Source: Phycisphaerae bacterium (GTDB lineage Bacteria > Planctomycetota > Phycisphaerae > UBA1845). From it: 64,000 nucleotides of DNA. Every line of letters begins with the position of its first letter. Position 1 is the first letter of the stretch. Location of the stretch: positions 126,086 through 190,085 of the forward strand of contig JAJDDY010000027.1 of NCBI GenBank assembly GCA_029260075.1, read 5' to 3'. A program made the position numbers and the translations under genes. Below are positions 22,711 to 33,000 of this stretch, in pieces. The notes under the pieces are model-generated. The model worked only from the letters and a program-made list of their open reading frames with translations. It was not told the DNA's origin and ran no database searches.

Positions 22711-23607
22711 TTACGGTGTTCTGGCGAGCGACGCGGCGTCGGTCACCTGATCACCTTGCTTCACAGCCACGCCCGGAGCGGAGCGGACGATCTTGCCCGC
22801 ACACTCGTCAGGACGAACCATACTGACGCGCATATCACCGACGTACTCATCCCCGCGCGTGATCACAAAGACCATTCCGGTACGCACGCCGTCGGCTTTG
22901 CCGACACTCACGGTGAGCAAGTCACCCGATATCTGAACCACACGTCCGTTAACCGAATGCCCGGGTACCGGGTCGACTGCAACTACGCCAGGCAGCGCAG
23001 CGCCCGCAGGATCCTCCATCGACCGACCCGCAGATGTGCCACCACCACGCTGGGCGAGCCGCTGATTCTCGTTCTTCAAGATGTTGAGCTGCTGCTCATA
23101 CTGACGTCGCTGTTCGATCATCATATCCATACGTGCGGTCAGTTCGTTGACGCGATCGTTGCACTCGATGTTTCGCTGTTGGACATCCAGGTTTTCCGTT
23201 TCGAGGGTGTTGCGTTGGTCGCGGTAAATGTCGCGACCGGAGCTAGCCGCCTGAAGCTCGGCGAGCAGGCCTCGATTCATCGCATCGACACCGCCCTTGT
23301 CCACCTCGATCCGAGCAATGGACGCCTCCAACCGGGCCACATCCGTCGCAGCGGAAGCCAGTTTCGTTTCCAGATCCGCAATAGAGGCGGACTGAGCACG
23401 AGATTGGTCCCGCGCCGCCGCCAGCATGGCCGCATTGGCTGCGATCTCATGGCGGAGGTTTGTGTCCGCAATCCGCGCATGCTCCTGATACTTCTCAGCA
23501 AGGTCTTTCCAGTTGCGCGTCTGGGCGACGATCGAAACCGTCACCGAAGTAAACGCGATACTGAAGAAGACGAGCAATACGACGAACACTTTCGTCAAGG
23601 TGCTCAC
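22711..23607 (-). CDS. Hypothetical membrane-anchored coiled-coil protein with a C-terminal beta-rich domain
   Basis: N-terminal TM (VFVVLLVFFSIAF), long coiled coil, GTG start with a GGGAG SD. Sits upstream of mreB. Confidence 0.6.
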   Translation of the reverse strand: MSTLTKVFVVLLVFFSIAFTSVTVSIVAQTRNWKDLAEKYQEHARIADTNLRHEIAANAAMLAAARDQSRAQSASIADLETKLASAATDVARLEASIARIEVDKGGVDAMNRGLLAELQAASSGRDIYRDQRNTLETENLDVQQRNIECNDRVNELTARMDMMIEQRRQYEQQLNILKNENQRLAQRGGGTSAGRSMEDPAGAALPGVVAVDPVPGHSVNGRVVQISGDLLTVSVGKADGVRTGMVFVITRGDEYVGDMRVSMVRPDECAGKIVRSAPGVAVKQGDQVTDAASLARTP

Positions 23608-23955
23608 GGCAACAACTCCCGACCTAACGGTCCCATGAATCCAAAATCAGACGCCCGTGGGCAACCCTCGCACCCACGAGAAACCGGTCCAACAACGACG
23701 CCAAAGGGCAAAACGCGGTACCGATCAGCCGCCAGCGGGCTGTGGTTTCAGCTCATTGCGGCGATCCCATGGGTACGTCAGGCGCACGCGATCCTCAATC
23801 GCCCAAGGCGATGTTCCGACAATCTATAGCCCACGGATGCGACTGTTGCAAGTCCCGGCGGAAGAATCCTGCGAATTGACCACGCGAAATCGGCCAAGGA
23901 TGGCTGCGTATCGCCATGAAGATTCGTCCGTAGCTAATGCGCTGCCGCGCCTCAA

Positions 23956-24066
23956 GTGACGGGTTTACCGAGCCGCGACCGTGAGGAAGAAGGCGTTTGA
24001 ACGCCGGTGGCGACAGCTTGAAAGCGCTCCCTCACGGTCGCGGCTCGGTTCGGACGAACCCGTCAC
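23956..24066. repeat. Family-A repeat, copy 3 (most complete: outer CCTCAAGTGACGGG arms + inner CCGAGCCGCGACCGTGAGG arms)
   Basis: Near-perfect nested inverted repeat. Confidence 0.9.
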
Positions 24067-24259
24067 TTGAGGCGTGGCGGCGCATTAGTGACGAAAACGT
24101 CCGTAACGCCGAGCAAGACCTGGCCGCTCGGTCGCAAACCAGGATCCAAAACATCTGCCGCGCCGGGGGTTGCTTCAAATTCTTCCGGATGTACAATGCG
24201 GGGCTTCCGTGACGGCACGGGAGACGGCAAGCAGAAAACCAAGCGTAGGCGAGACAACA

Positions 24260-24463
24260 ATGCCGAAAATGAAGACCCACAAGGGTATCAAGAAACGCGT
24301 TCGTGTAACGGCTTCGGGCAAGCTCAAACGCCGGCACGCCCATACTGGACACCTGATGAGCCACAAGAGCGGCAACCGCTGCCGGAGTCTGCGGCGACCG
24401 GGCATTCTGAACAAAGCGATTGCTGGACGCATGCTCGTGGCGCTCGCCGGAGCGAAGGCTTAA
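24260..24463 (+). CDS. rpmI: 50S ribosomal protein L35
   Basis: [28 protein letters not shown]... is a canonical L35. Start trimmed from the track ORF. Confidence 0.92.
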   Translation: MPKMKTHKGIKKRVRVTASGKLKRRHAHTGHLMSHKSGNRCRSLRRPGILNKAIAGRMLVALAGAKA

Positions 24464-24558
24464 TTCATCACCCCCCGCCATCCGGCGGCGGTCGTGGGCT
24501 TCGCCCGATCGACCACCTTTCGGAACGATCGGCGTGGGTTCGATAGGAGTATGATTCA

Positions 24559-24933
24559 ATGGGAAGAGTGACCTACGGCGCCGCCCGCCATCGCAAGAAA
24601 GTGCGCGTTCTCAAAGCCGCGAAGGGTTTCCGCGGAGCGCCCGGTAAACGCTGGCGCCTCGCCCAAGAGGCCATCGTCCGCGCCGGTGTGAACGCCTACC
24701 GTGACCGCCGGCGACGCAAGCGAGATTTCCGGGCTCTGTGGATCACTCGACTCACCGCAGCCTGCCGCATGCGCGACATGAGCTACAGCCGGTTCATCTT
24801 CGGCCTCACCACCGCCGGTGTAGAGATCAACCGCAAAATGCTCAGCGACTTGGCCATCCAATCGCCCGAAGCGTTCGACGCCCTCGTCGAACTCGCCAAG
24901 CAGCATCAACCGGCGAACGCCAACGCTGCGTAG
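24559..24933 (+). CDS. rplT: 50S ribosomal protein L20
   Basis: L20 signature (RRRKRDFRALWITRL...). Follows rpmI. Confidence 0.92.
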   Translation: MGRVTYGAARHRKKVRVLKAAKGFRGAPGKRWRLAQEAIVRAGVNAYRDRRRRKRDFRALWITRLTAACRMRDMSYSRFIFGLTTAGVEINRKMLSDLAIQSPEAFDALVELAKQHQPANANAA

Positions 24934-25100
24934 GCACGCGTCTAACGGGCGTGGCAACCAAGCCGCTGAGGGAAGATGTAACGCGGTAGATCGATAAGCA
25001 AGACAACCACAATGGCACGTCCCCACTCGGGACGTGCCTTTTGTTTGCGCCCGGCGCCGCCGAGTATCAAAGCCAACGCCAGCGGGGAAAATCGCTGATG

Positions 25101-25129
25101 GGATCACCGGCTGGAAGCCGGTGCCACAC
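25101..25129. repeat. Family-B repeat, copy 2 (reverse orientation)
   Basis: GGATCACCGGCTGGAAGCCGGTGCCACAC. Confidence 0.75.
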
Positions 25130-25243
25130 GGGAGAGACCACACAACAGGACAAACAAAATGGACCCACAAGAGGGGACACACGAGAGTGTGAGGCCCGCG
25201 TACTTACCTGCCTAGTGCGATGTCAACATCGAAGACGGCGTTA

Positions 25244-25353
25244 CCGAGCCGCACCCGTTAGGAAGCGGACGCTTGAGAGTCGGTCGCGACGACGTGAAAA
25301 CACTCCCCCACGGTCGCGGCTCGGTTCGGACAAACGCGTCAGTTGAGTCGTGA
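25244..25353. repeat. Family-A repeat, copy 4
   Basis: TTACCGAGCCGCACCCGTTAGGAAGCG...CACGGTCGCGGCTCGGTTCGGACAAACGCGTCA. Confidence 0.8.
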
Positions 25354-25360
25354 CCAACCT

Positions 25361-26608
25361 CTATTGAGAATGCGATCGTCGTAGGGGCATGGTCATGCAG
25401 CGTGGTCCGCCGAGGCCGCGTACGAGTTCGGAATCGTCGATGCCGATGCATTTGACGCCGTTTTCGCGGAGGGCTTCGGTGGTGTACTCATTCCGCTCGT
25501 AGGTCACAACCACGCTCGGTGCGATCGCCAGGGCGTTCGAGGCATCCATGCGTTGCTCACGTGCGGCGAACGGTTTGAGGCCACCGGCGGTGTCGACGAC
25601 CGTCACGTCACATTCGAATTCGTCGCGCAGAATATCGAGAAAAGACCGGTCTTCCGCGACGCGCTGGGTCCGTTTGGGATCATCCGTGACCGGCTCGTAG
25701 CGGTGGATGTTGGGGACGTTTTCCATCACGTCGCCGAACCACAATATCTTCCCGCGATCGATCACGGTGAACACCGTATCGAGGTGCATGAACGCCCGGT
25801 CGGCTGGGATGGGGATTTCGTAGACGCGCTTGACCTGACTGAAGTCGAAACAATTCCCAGCCAACCGCTCGATCGTCTCGCTTCGCGTCCGCTCGCTGCA
25901 GCCGACCAGCACGACCTCAGGTGACAAGATGATGACATCGCCGCCCTCAATCGTGTACGGTCGGTCCTCGGTCGGTTCTTCCGACCCGCCGTAAGTGATG
26001 GCGTTGCCGCGAAAGATCGGATGGTGCTCCAGCACCGCGCGCATGAGCAACGTTTCGCGAACCCGCTCACGATAGTGCATTTTCGACGAGACGGCCGTGT
26101 CGCGAACCACGACGGCCGGATCGCGCGTGAAATAGGCGTTGGGCACCGGCGGAAGGAGGAAGCTGCCGCTGCTACCGTCTCCGTCCGCGCCAGAGGAGAT
26201 GCGATGGCCGGTAAGATGCGTGTACTCCGATGCAGTCAGACCGGCGAGCAACACGGTCACCAGCTCCGGCACGGTCCAGTGCTTCAGCCCGACCAGATCG
26301 TCCACGATCGCCGGCATAGCCGCGACCTGACATACCTGATCGATCAACGACCGACGGACCGTCTCGTCGGCAAGTACTTCGCCGAGCAAGTGATCAAGAA
26401 GAAGCACTTCGACACCGTTCGATCGGAGGACGCCTACGAACGCATCGTGCTCCTCCTGCATGCGCCGAAGGTAGGGAATATCCTCAAAAAGGAAGCCCTT
26501 CATGTTCTCGTGCGTAAGCCGATCGATCTCCGGTCCGGGTCGATGCACCATCACGGCTTCGAGCTTGTCGTATTCGTTGTCAATCTGTACCCGCACAGGA
26601 AACCCCAC
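25361..26608 (-). CDS. arcA: Arginine deiminase
   Basis: Amidinotransferase-superfamily motifs (FMHLDTVFT, catalytic Cys in GGPRCMTMPL). GTG start. Confidence 0.78.
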   Translation of the reverse strand: MGFPVRVQIDNEYDKLEAVMVHRPGPEIDRLTHENMKGFLFEDIPYLRRMQEEHDAFVGVLRSNGVEVLLLDHLLGEVLADETVRRSLIDQVCQVAAMPAIVDDLVGLKHWTVPELVTVLLAGLTASEYTHLTGHRISSGADGDGSSGSFLLPPVPNAYFTRDPAVVVRDTAVSSKMHYRERVRETLLMRAVLEHHPIFRGNAITYGGSEEPTEDRPYTIEGGDVIILSPEVVLVGCSERTRSETIERLAGNCFDFSQVKRVYEIPIPADRAFMHLDTVFTVIDRGKILWFGDVMENVPNIHRYEPVTDDPKRTQRVAEDRSFLDILRDEFECDVTVVDTAGGLKPFAAREQRMDASNALAIAPSVVVTYERNEYTTEALRENGVKCIGIDDSELVRGLGGPRCMTMPLRRSHSQ

Positions 26609-26795
26609 GCTTCAAGCGGTGCCGACGAGAAGACCTCGACGGCCCTAGTCCGCGAGCAACGCAACCATCCGGTGCGTCACGTGTCGATACACGGTACCAA
26701 CACGTCGAATCTAGGGGATGATCATCGCAGACGCAAGCGGAACGAGGGGGCGTTGTGGGTTGAGCTAAGTACGAGGACGGATCGTCGCCAACCTG

Positions 26796-26858
26796 GGTGC
26801 GAGAAAGGATTCACGCACCAGCAGCAGCAACGTGGGTGCGAGAAGGGATTCACGCACC
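26796..26858. repeat. Family-C ~24-bp palindrome (GGTGCGAGAAAGGATTCACGCACC), two tandem copies
   Basis: GGTGCGAGAAAGGATTCACGCACC..(15 nt)..GGTGCGAGAAGGGATTCACGCACC. Confidence 0.75.
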
Positions 26859-26999
26859 AGCACCTATCGTGCGCACCAGCACCGGTCCGCACCTGCGGGC
26901 TACGGCGGAGCGTATCCCGCCGGCCCCACAAACAAGAAAAGCCCGCGAACCGAAGCTCGCGGGCTTTTCCGCAGGGGGGAGATACGGGATTCGTTCGCG

Positions 27000-27950
27000 T
27001 TAGCCAGAGCCCTTCGCCAGACGGATGCTGCCGTTGCGCGATGTTACGTCTAGGGCCCCTTGTCCGTCGCCAATCGTACCGGTCAGGTGGCTGCGGGACA
27101 CATGGCTATCTTGAAGCGGAAGATCACTCGAGATCGTTCCGCGTCGCGTTTGAAAGTTGAGTCGGGCCGAGCTTGCCTCACCAAGACTGATACGGATCGC
27201 TCCGTTGCGCGTCGCGATCACACCGCGCGGCGCCGCCCCGGAGAGGTCGGCCGCTATCGCACCGTTGCGCGTCGCCAGGGCAACCATACCGCCGGAATGC
27301 TTTGCGATGATCCGGCCGTTGTGCGTACTAACGTTGAGGCGACCGCCTACTGAAGCCACATCAACATCGCCGTTGTGAGAGACCAACGACGCATCCGCCA
27401 TCAGGCCCTGAGCGCGGACGGCACCATTGTGCGTAACCGCATCAAGCCGGCCACCCAAAGACGCGACATCGATGGCCCCATTGTGCGTCAATAGGGACGC
27501 TTCCGCGGTAAGGCCTCGTGCCTGGAGGTCGCCGTTATGCGTCGACGCATCGAACCGGATGTCACTAGGCGACGCGATGTTGAAGTCGACACGGGCCTCC
27601 CATGTCCACCGCTTCGCACCTTTCCATCGCCAGCCGATCCGCTGCGAACCCGCACCTGCCGGCTCGACATAGACTTCGATGGCCGCGAGCGCCGCCTTGG
27701 CATCGCTGGGTGTGCAGCCGCCGCCGCGTTTGTGGGTACTTACGACTACGTCGTCAACGGCATCGCCGCCGTCGATAACGATGGCCCCGTTGTGGGTCTG
27801 AACGCTCACAGCCTCCAAACCGGCCGCGTCGATCGTACGCTCTTCATCGTAGCCCGCGGTCCAATGCGCCGGGCTGGAAGAGAACGCGCAACCGGAAACC
27901 AGTACGGGAAACAACCCCGTGAGAAAACAGCCAACAACCGTTCGAGTCAT
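27000..27950 (-). CDS. Putative adhesin-like lipoprotein with repeated THNGAI beta-helical units (DUF4097-like)
   Basis: Lipobox LVSGC after a 20-aa signal peptide. At least 8 THNG(A/D)(I/V) repeats. Confidence 0.7.
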   Translation of the reverse strand: MTRTVVGCFLTGLFPVLVSGCAFSSSPAHWTAGYDEERTIDAAGLEAVSVQTHNGAIVIDGGDAVDDVVVSTHKRGGGCTPSDAKAALAAIEVYVEPAGAGSQRIGWRWKGAKRWTWEARVDFNIASPSDIRFDASTHNGDLQARGLTAEASLLTHNGAIDVASLGGRLDAVTHNGAVRAQGLMADASLVSHNGDVDVASVGGRLNVSTHNGRIIAKHSGGMVALATRNGAIAADLSGAAPRGVIATRNGAIRISLGEASSARLNFQTRRGTISSDLPLQDSHVSRSHLTGTIGDGQGALDVTSRNGSIRLAKGSG

Positions 27951-28154
27951 CACCGCTACCCCGTCGTTGTTTGTCCTACCTGCTACGTTAAACCATAGCG
28001 CGAAGTTCACCAACGTCCATTAACCATACCTCAAGATTTCCAATGCGGTCGCCCGTATTCGCTGAAAGCACGATTTGCGCACAAATTCTTACGACTTCTC
28101 GATGGAATCGCGAAGCAAGCGGCGTGCGATACGACCTGCCGCGCGGCCAGTTGA

Positions 28155-29282
28155 TCACTTCCTGCGCATGCGGAGCAACGCCAGGAAGGTCGGCACACCA
28201 ATGATGGCGGTCACGACGCCTATTGGGAGCGTCGCACTGCCCAAGTGTCGACCGGTCACCCAACCGGCCAACCGCATGCTGAGCTGCGCCGACCAATCGC
28301 AGATGATCAAGAACGCCCCCCCGGCAAATGCCGATATCGGAAGCAGCAAACGGCAATCCCGTCCAAAGAGCAGCGCCACAATGTGGGGAACGACAAGCCC
28401 AACAAATCCTATCGGCCCGCACTTCGCCACAACCCCGGCCGTCGCCAGCGTGCAGCACAACACGCACACGGCTTGCAACGCACCGACGTTCACGCCGCGA
28501 GCCTCGGCCAATTCGTCACCCAAGCGATACTGATTTAGGGCCCGCCCGCTGAGCACAAGCACAACCCAAGCAGGAACCACAAGCGGTAACAGCGACGTGA
28601 CCTCAAGCGGACCGACGGGGTCGAGCGAGCCCATCATCCACCGCACCATGGCGAACGTCTGCCGTTCGTCCGAAACCGCGGTCACCAACATCATCATCGC
28701 CGAGCAGAACAGACCCATCGTCACGCCAGCGAGAAGAAGTTCGTTAGAGGTCAGACGACGGGAGCCACGACCGATGCTGTACACGACCGCTACCACACCG
28801 ACCGCGCCGACAAACGCACTAAGTGACAGGCAGGATATCCCCAGAAGCGTGAGCTGCCAACCAAGACGAATCGCTACCAACGCCCCGAGTGATCCGCCGC
28901 TGGCAATACCGAGCGTATACGGCGTGGCCAAGGCGTTACGGAACAAAACCTGAAACGTCGCACCGCACAATGCTAGCGTGATGCCGACCTGAAGAGCGAG
29001 CAGCGTCCTGGGAAACCGTAAATCGAAAATGGCCTCGGCCGCCTGAACGAACCCCTGGCGCTCGGACTCCGAAATCCGCCCATCGCCGTCGAAGTCGGCC
29101 GAGGGTCGGCCGCGAAGTTCGTCGGCGCTGATCTCGATCCCGAGCTTGGCTCGCCATGCATCACGCCATCCGCACATCGACGATTCGGTCCCGATGCCCG
29201 GACTCAGCAAGATGAGCACGAGCAATACCGACCCGCAACCACCCACTCGAACGAAGTAAGTCTGGCGAGAAAGAGGATTCAT
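28155..29282 (-). CDS. FecCD/BtuC-family ABC import permease (iron-siderophore/cobalamin type) with an EF-hand-like loop insertion
   Basis: FecCD-family TM core. ATGA start/stop overlap with the upstream ATPase gene supports the M61 start. DFDGDGRISESE 12-residue canonical EF-hand loop near the N-terminus. Confidence 0.82.
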   Translation of the reverse strand: MNPLSRQTYFVRVGGCGSVLLVLILLSPGIGTESSMCGWRDAWRAKLGIEISADELRGRPSADFDGDGRISESERQGFVQAAEAIFDLRFPRTLLALQVGITLALCGATFQVLFRNALATPYTLGIASGGSLGALVAIRLGWQLTLLGISCLSLSAFVGAVGVVAVVYSIGRGSRRLTSNELLLAGVTMGLFCSAMMMLVTAVSDERQTFAMVRWMMGSLDPVGPLEVTSLLPLVVPAWVVLVLSGRALNQYRLGDELAEARGVNVGALQAVCVLCCTLATAGVVAKCGPIGFVGLVVPHIVALLFGRDCRLLLPISAFAGGAFLIICDWSAQLSMRLAGWVTGRHLGSATLPIGVVTAIIGVPTFLALLRMRRK

Positions 29283-30097
29283 GTCGATTCGTCTTCCGTG
29301 GGCGCCAACGGTACGAGCCATGCAACGTCTGGTGCGTCCGGCAAGTGCATCGCGGTCATGCGAACATGGTACACCGGTTCGAGCACCTCCGGACAAACGA
29401 CCGTGGACGGAACACCGTCGGCGATGCTGCGTCCGTCGGACAGCAGCAGAATATGCGAGCAATAGCGCGCGGCGAGATTCACATCGTGCGTCACGACCAC
29501 AACGCTCAGCCCGTCGACGTCTGCTCGCTCGCGGAGGATTCCGAACATGGCCAGTTGGTGATGCAAGTCGAGCGACGCGGTGGGCTCATCAAGAAGCAAC
29601 ATTTGCGGCTCTTGCGCGAGCGCCGCCGCGAGATGAACGCGCTGCGTCTCACCGCCGGACAGGGTGGCCAAGTGTCGATCGCGAAAAGTGTCCGTGCGCG
29701 TAACCACCATCGCGCGGGCGGCGATCTCGTGGTCGTCGGCTGACTCGAACAGACCCATCGAACGATGAGGGAAACGGCCCATGAGCACCACGTCACCGGC
29801 GGTCAGATCAAGATCGCCCGGCGGATGTTGAGGCACGAACGCCATGCGCCGCGCCCGCGTTCGGCGCGGCAGCGCGCTCAGCGAGTCGCCTCCGAACCGA
29901 ATCGTCCCCGACGTCGGCTGCGCAAGCCCGGCCATAAGCCGAAGCAGCGTACTCTTGCCCGCTCCGTTGGGTCCAACGATTCCCCAGCACTCGCCCGGGC
30001 GAACGGTGAGATCGATCGGACCGAGAAAATCAGGCCGCGTCGGAAAGCCAAACCGAACCGCCTCAAGGGAAAGCATGACGTGGCCGTCAGGGTCCAA
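29279..30097 (-). CDS. ABC transporter ATP-binding protein (FecE/BtuD-like)
   Basis: Walker A GPNGAGKST, signature LSGGETQR, Walker B LLLDEP. Confidence 0.9.
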   Translation of the reverse strand: MDPDGHVMLSLEAVRFGFPTRPDFLGPIDLTVRPGECWGIVGPNGAGKSTLLRLMAGLAQPTSGTIRFGGDSLSALPRRTRARRMAFVPQHPPGDLDLTAGDVVLMGRFPHRSMGLFESADDHEIAARAMVVTRTDTFRDRHLATLSGGETQRVHLAAALAQEPQMLLLDEPTASLDLHHQLAMFGILRERADVDGLSVVVVTHDVNLAARYCSHILLLSDGRSIADGVPSTVVCPEVLEPVYHVRMTAMHLPDAPDVAWLVPLAPTEDEST

Positions 30098-31025
30098 CGC
30101 CGTCCTCCGGGTGTAAGATGCGAGAAATCTTTTCGATCACACCGACAATCCGCGGCGAGGGGATCAGACTGTTGTTGTCGGTGATGAAGTGCAAACGACC
30201 CTGGGCGATGGCTGGGATGGCTGAATACTTCGCCCATTGATGACGCATCTGCCGGTCGAGCGCTGGCGTCATGGTCACCTCGGGCATTAGTTCGATGATC
30301 ACCTCCGGGCGTTTGGCCAGAATGGCTTCGAGGCTGACCTGTGGATAGCGAAGGTCCAAATCGCCAAAGACGTTCACGCCGCCGGCGACCTCGACGAGTT
30401 CGCCGAGAAACATGCCACGCCCGGCCGTCAGAAGATCAGCGAGTCGATCGGGTTGACGCATCGTGGTAAGAAAAACACGAGGCTTCTTTCGACCGGCCAC
30501 GCGGCGGCGGATGGCGGCGAGTTGGTCGTGCATTTTTTTGGCAAGCGAGTCGGCCTCCTCGGTCAAACCGAGTCGGTTGCCCAAGTCGAGCACGGTTCGC
30601 GTGATGTCGGCCAGTGTCTCCGTGTCGTCGCGGTAGAGGTCGATGCCATGTCGGCGGCACAGACTCTCGATGGCTTCGCTTCGACCGCGCAGGACCACGA
30701 GGTCCGGTCGCAACGTGATGATTTTTTCAAGATCGGGATCGATGAACCCCCCGACGAGCGGCTTATGCTTCAGCTCGGGCGGATAGACACAATACTTGCT
30801 CGCCCCAACGATTCGGTCACAAGCACCAAGCGCACAAATAATCTCAGCCGCGTTCGGAGCGATGGTGATGATGCGTTTCGGAATTCTTTCTGCCGATGAT
30901 CCGTCCGACTGCGCTAGGCACGGTGTAGGCACAACCGAAAGGACCACCGAGACCACGGGTAAGCAAAGCCGCCACAGCCAGCGGCTGCGCGAGAACCGTG
31001 ATAAGCGAGATCGATCCGAGATCAT
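30087..31025 (-). CDS. Periplasmic substrate-binding protein of iron-siderophore/B12 ABC importer (FecB/BtuF-like)
   Basis: IITIAPNAAEIICALGA...LRPDLVVL cluster-8 SBP motifs. Signal peptide from MISDRSRLSR... (start trimmed). Confidence 0.82.
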   Translation of the reverse strand: MISDRSRLSRFSRSRWLWRLCLPVVSVVLSVVPTPCLAQSDGSSAERIPKRIITIAPNAAEIICALGACDRIVGASKYCVYPPELKHKPLVGGFIDPDLEKIITLRPDLVVLRGRSEAIESLCRRHGIDLYRDDTETLADITRTVLDLGNRLGLTEEADSLAKKMHDQLAAIRRRVAGRKKPRVFLTTMRQPDRLADLLTAGRGMFLGELVEVAGGVNVFGDLDLRYPQVSLEAILAKRPEVIIELMPEVTMTPALDRQMRHQWAKYSAIPAIAQGRLHFITDNNSLIPSPRIVGVIEKISRILHPEDGVGP

Positions 31026-31117
31026 GCGGCGAATCGTACCGCATTCACCGGACGCTTCCAATTTCGATTGCTTGTTGGTGTTCCTCGGGGAGCAATCGAC
31101 GACGGTGCATGCGACAG

Positions 31118-32884
31118 TCAGGATTCCCGCACCAAGCACACGTCCTGCACACTTCGTCCGCAGATGCGGGAGACGCCGATCGTGGCGTTTGGTTTTTCGG
31201 GGTCGCCGGGCGTCCAGCAGATGAGTCGATCGCGTAGGTCGTTGGTGGCGATGACCAAATCAGCGGCCACCTCGACGCGGCGCAGGGTCTGTCCGCCGGC
31301 TTCGTAGCGGCAGGAGAAGCTGTCGCCAAGCACGCGGGCGTGAACGTGGAGCGACGTATCGCTGTAGACCAAGCGGCGTACGCCGTGCGTCGACAAGTGC
31401 CAGATGGATTCCACCGCCCGCTGCGCGCCCGTGTGAATACGCTCCACACGGTCCGCAGAGTCCGAAGACCAGAACAGCACATCGCCGTCGCGGTTGCCGG
31501 CGAACAGGCCATCGGTTGTCGGGCAAAGGGCGGAAACCGTCGACACGCTGCCGGTGAAGACGCGGGACGGTTCGTCACCGACGTCATCGACGCGAACGCA
31601 ATGTACGTTGTCGTCGATGCTGCAATACAAATTGCCGTCGAGCATCGCCACGCCGCGCACGGCCTTGGCGTTCTTGGTTTTTGCTGAAAGGCGGTACCGA
31701 ACGTCGCCCGGCTTGTTGACGTTCCATTCGCACAACCCGAGTTCGGAATGGGACGCGAAGACCCGATCGCCCACAGCCACCACCGCGTTGAACCCGCCTT
31801 GCACCGACGGCGTGCCCTCGACGACGAGCGTCAGGTCCGGCGTTGACGCGTCTAGCGGCAGGCGATAGACCCCTGTCGACGCACCGAGCCAGAGCATCGG
31901 CGTGCCATCTGTTGCCACTGCGGATTGCGTCGATCGAACGCCACCGACTCCCCCCGCGATTTGTACACGTCGAGCCGGTTCGTCGAACGTCGACGGGTCG
32001 AAGAAGAGCAATTCGTCACCGGCGGCTACGACAACCCAGCGGGTGCGATCAGCCACCGGCTCGTTGGCGAAGAGCGCCGCGTAAAGCTCGCCGCGTTCGC
32101 GCTCTGCAAACGTCTTGACCAAATCGGGCAGGGCCACGTCGGGCGATGCGGAGGCCATGTCGCGAAGTCGCCCGAGCAATTGACCGAGGTGATCCAAGTG
32201 TTCAGCCTGAGCGCGATCGAGCGCCTGGCGCACTTCGTGCTCGGCCTCATGCACAGCCCGTCGGCGCGATGCATCGGCGTGGGCGTCTTGCACGTGTCTA
32301 AGCGTCTGCGAGTCGAACCGGACTTCGGGCGCACCCTCCAAGACCATGCCGGCAGCAAACAGCGGCGCCTGAACACCATCCGCAAGTGCGTTCGAAACCT
32401 GTTGAGCAACACGCCCGCCGACAAGCTCTGCACCGTCGTGCGCCGCCGCCACCTTGGCCAGCGCGGTCCGCAGCGCGGGTTCTAAGTATCGGGTGAGCCC
32501 CTTGGCTTGGGCTACGCGGTGACTACCCACTACGGATTTGGAAAAAGAAACGAGTTCGCCCCGCTCCGGCATTACACTGACGTGCAATGTTCCAACGGCT
32601 TTGCACGAGAAGCGATCGCGCGTGACGACGCCGTCTTCGTCGAAACTAATCTCGATCGGTGTGACGCGGAAGAACAGCACGTCTTCGACGTCGGCGCCAT
32701 CCACGACGCCGCCAGCTTCGACGACCACTTGGTCACCTGTCGATCGGCGTACGAGCGCGGCCCACTGAGCCGGAAGATCGAGCGAGCGAGAAAGCAGTCC
32801 GAACAGTTCCGACGCCTCCACGTGCAACGCCACGTTGGACGCCTCTTGAAAAAACAGACGTGGGTCAAACTTGCCCGAGGTCAT
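31118..32884 (-). CDS. Hypothetical protein with C-terminal beta-propeller-like region
   Basis: 588-aa ORF with coding-like composition. No family recognised. Confidence 0.55.
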   Translation of the reverse strand: MTSGKFDPRLFFQEASNVALHVEASELFGLLSRSLDLPAQWAALVRRSTGDQVVVEAGGVVDGADVEDVLFFRVTPIEISFDEDGVVTRDRFSCKAVGTLHVSVMPERGELVSFSKSVVGSHRVAQAKGLTRYLEPALRTALAKVAAAHDGAELVGGRVAQQVSNALADGVQAPLFAAGMVLEGAPEVRFDSQTLRHVQDAHADASRRRAVHEAEHEVRQALDRAQAEHLDHLGQLLGRLRDMASASPDVALPDLVKTFAERERGELYAALFANEPVADRTRWVVVAAGDELLFFDPSTFDEPARRVQIAGGVGGVRSTQSAVATDGTPMLWLGASTGVYRLPLDASTPDLTLVVEGTPSVQGGFNAVVAVGDRVFASHSELGLCEWNVNKPGDVRYRLSAKTKNAKAVRGVAMLDGNLYCSIDDNVHCVRVDDVGDEPSRVFTGSVSTVSALCPTTDGLFAGNRDGDVLFWSSDSADRVERIHTGAQRAVESIWHLSTHGVRRLVYSDTSLHVHARVLGDSFSCRYEAGGQTLRRVEVAADLVIATNDLRDRLICWTPGDPEKPNATIGVSRICGRSVQDVCLVRES

Positions 32885-33000
32885 AATTCACCTGATGAGT
32901 GTGGACAACTTGGTTCGCAGCAACGTGTACGATGCGCATGCAGCACACGCCGTCCGCCGCGACCTGGTACCGCGTTTCACAAGTAGTACGACTATTGCTG

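Noticed and set aside
26021-27160. 379-aa plus-strand ORF spanning the arcA start and the family-C repeats
   Set aside because: Overlaps arcA in antisense, then reads through palindromic repeats. No coherent domain.
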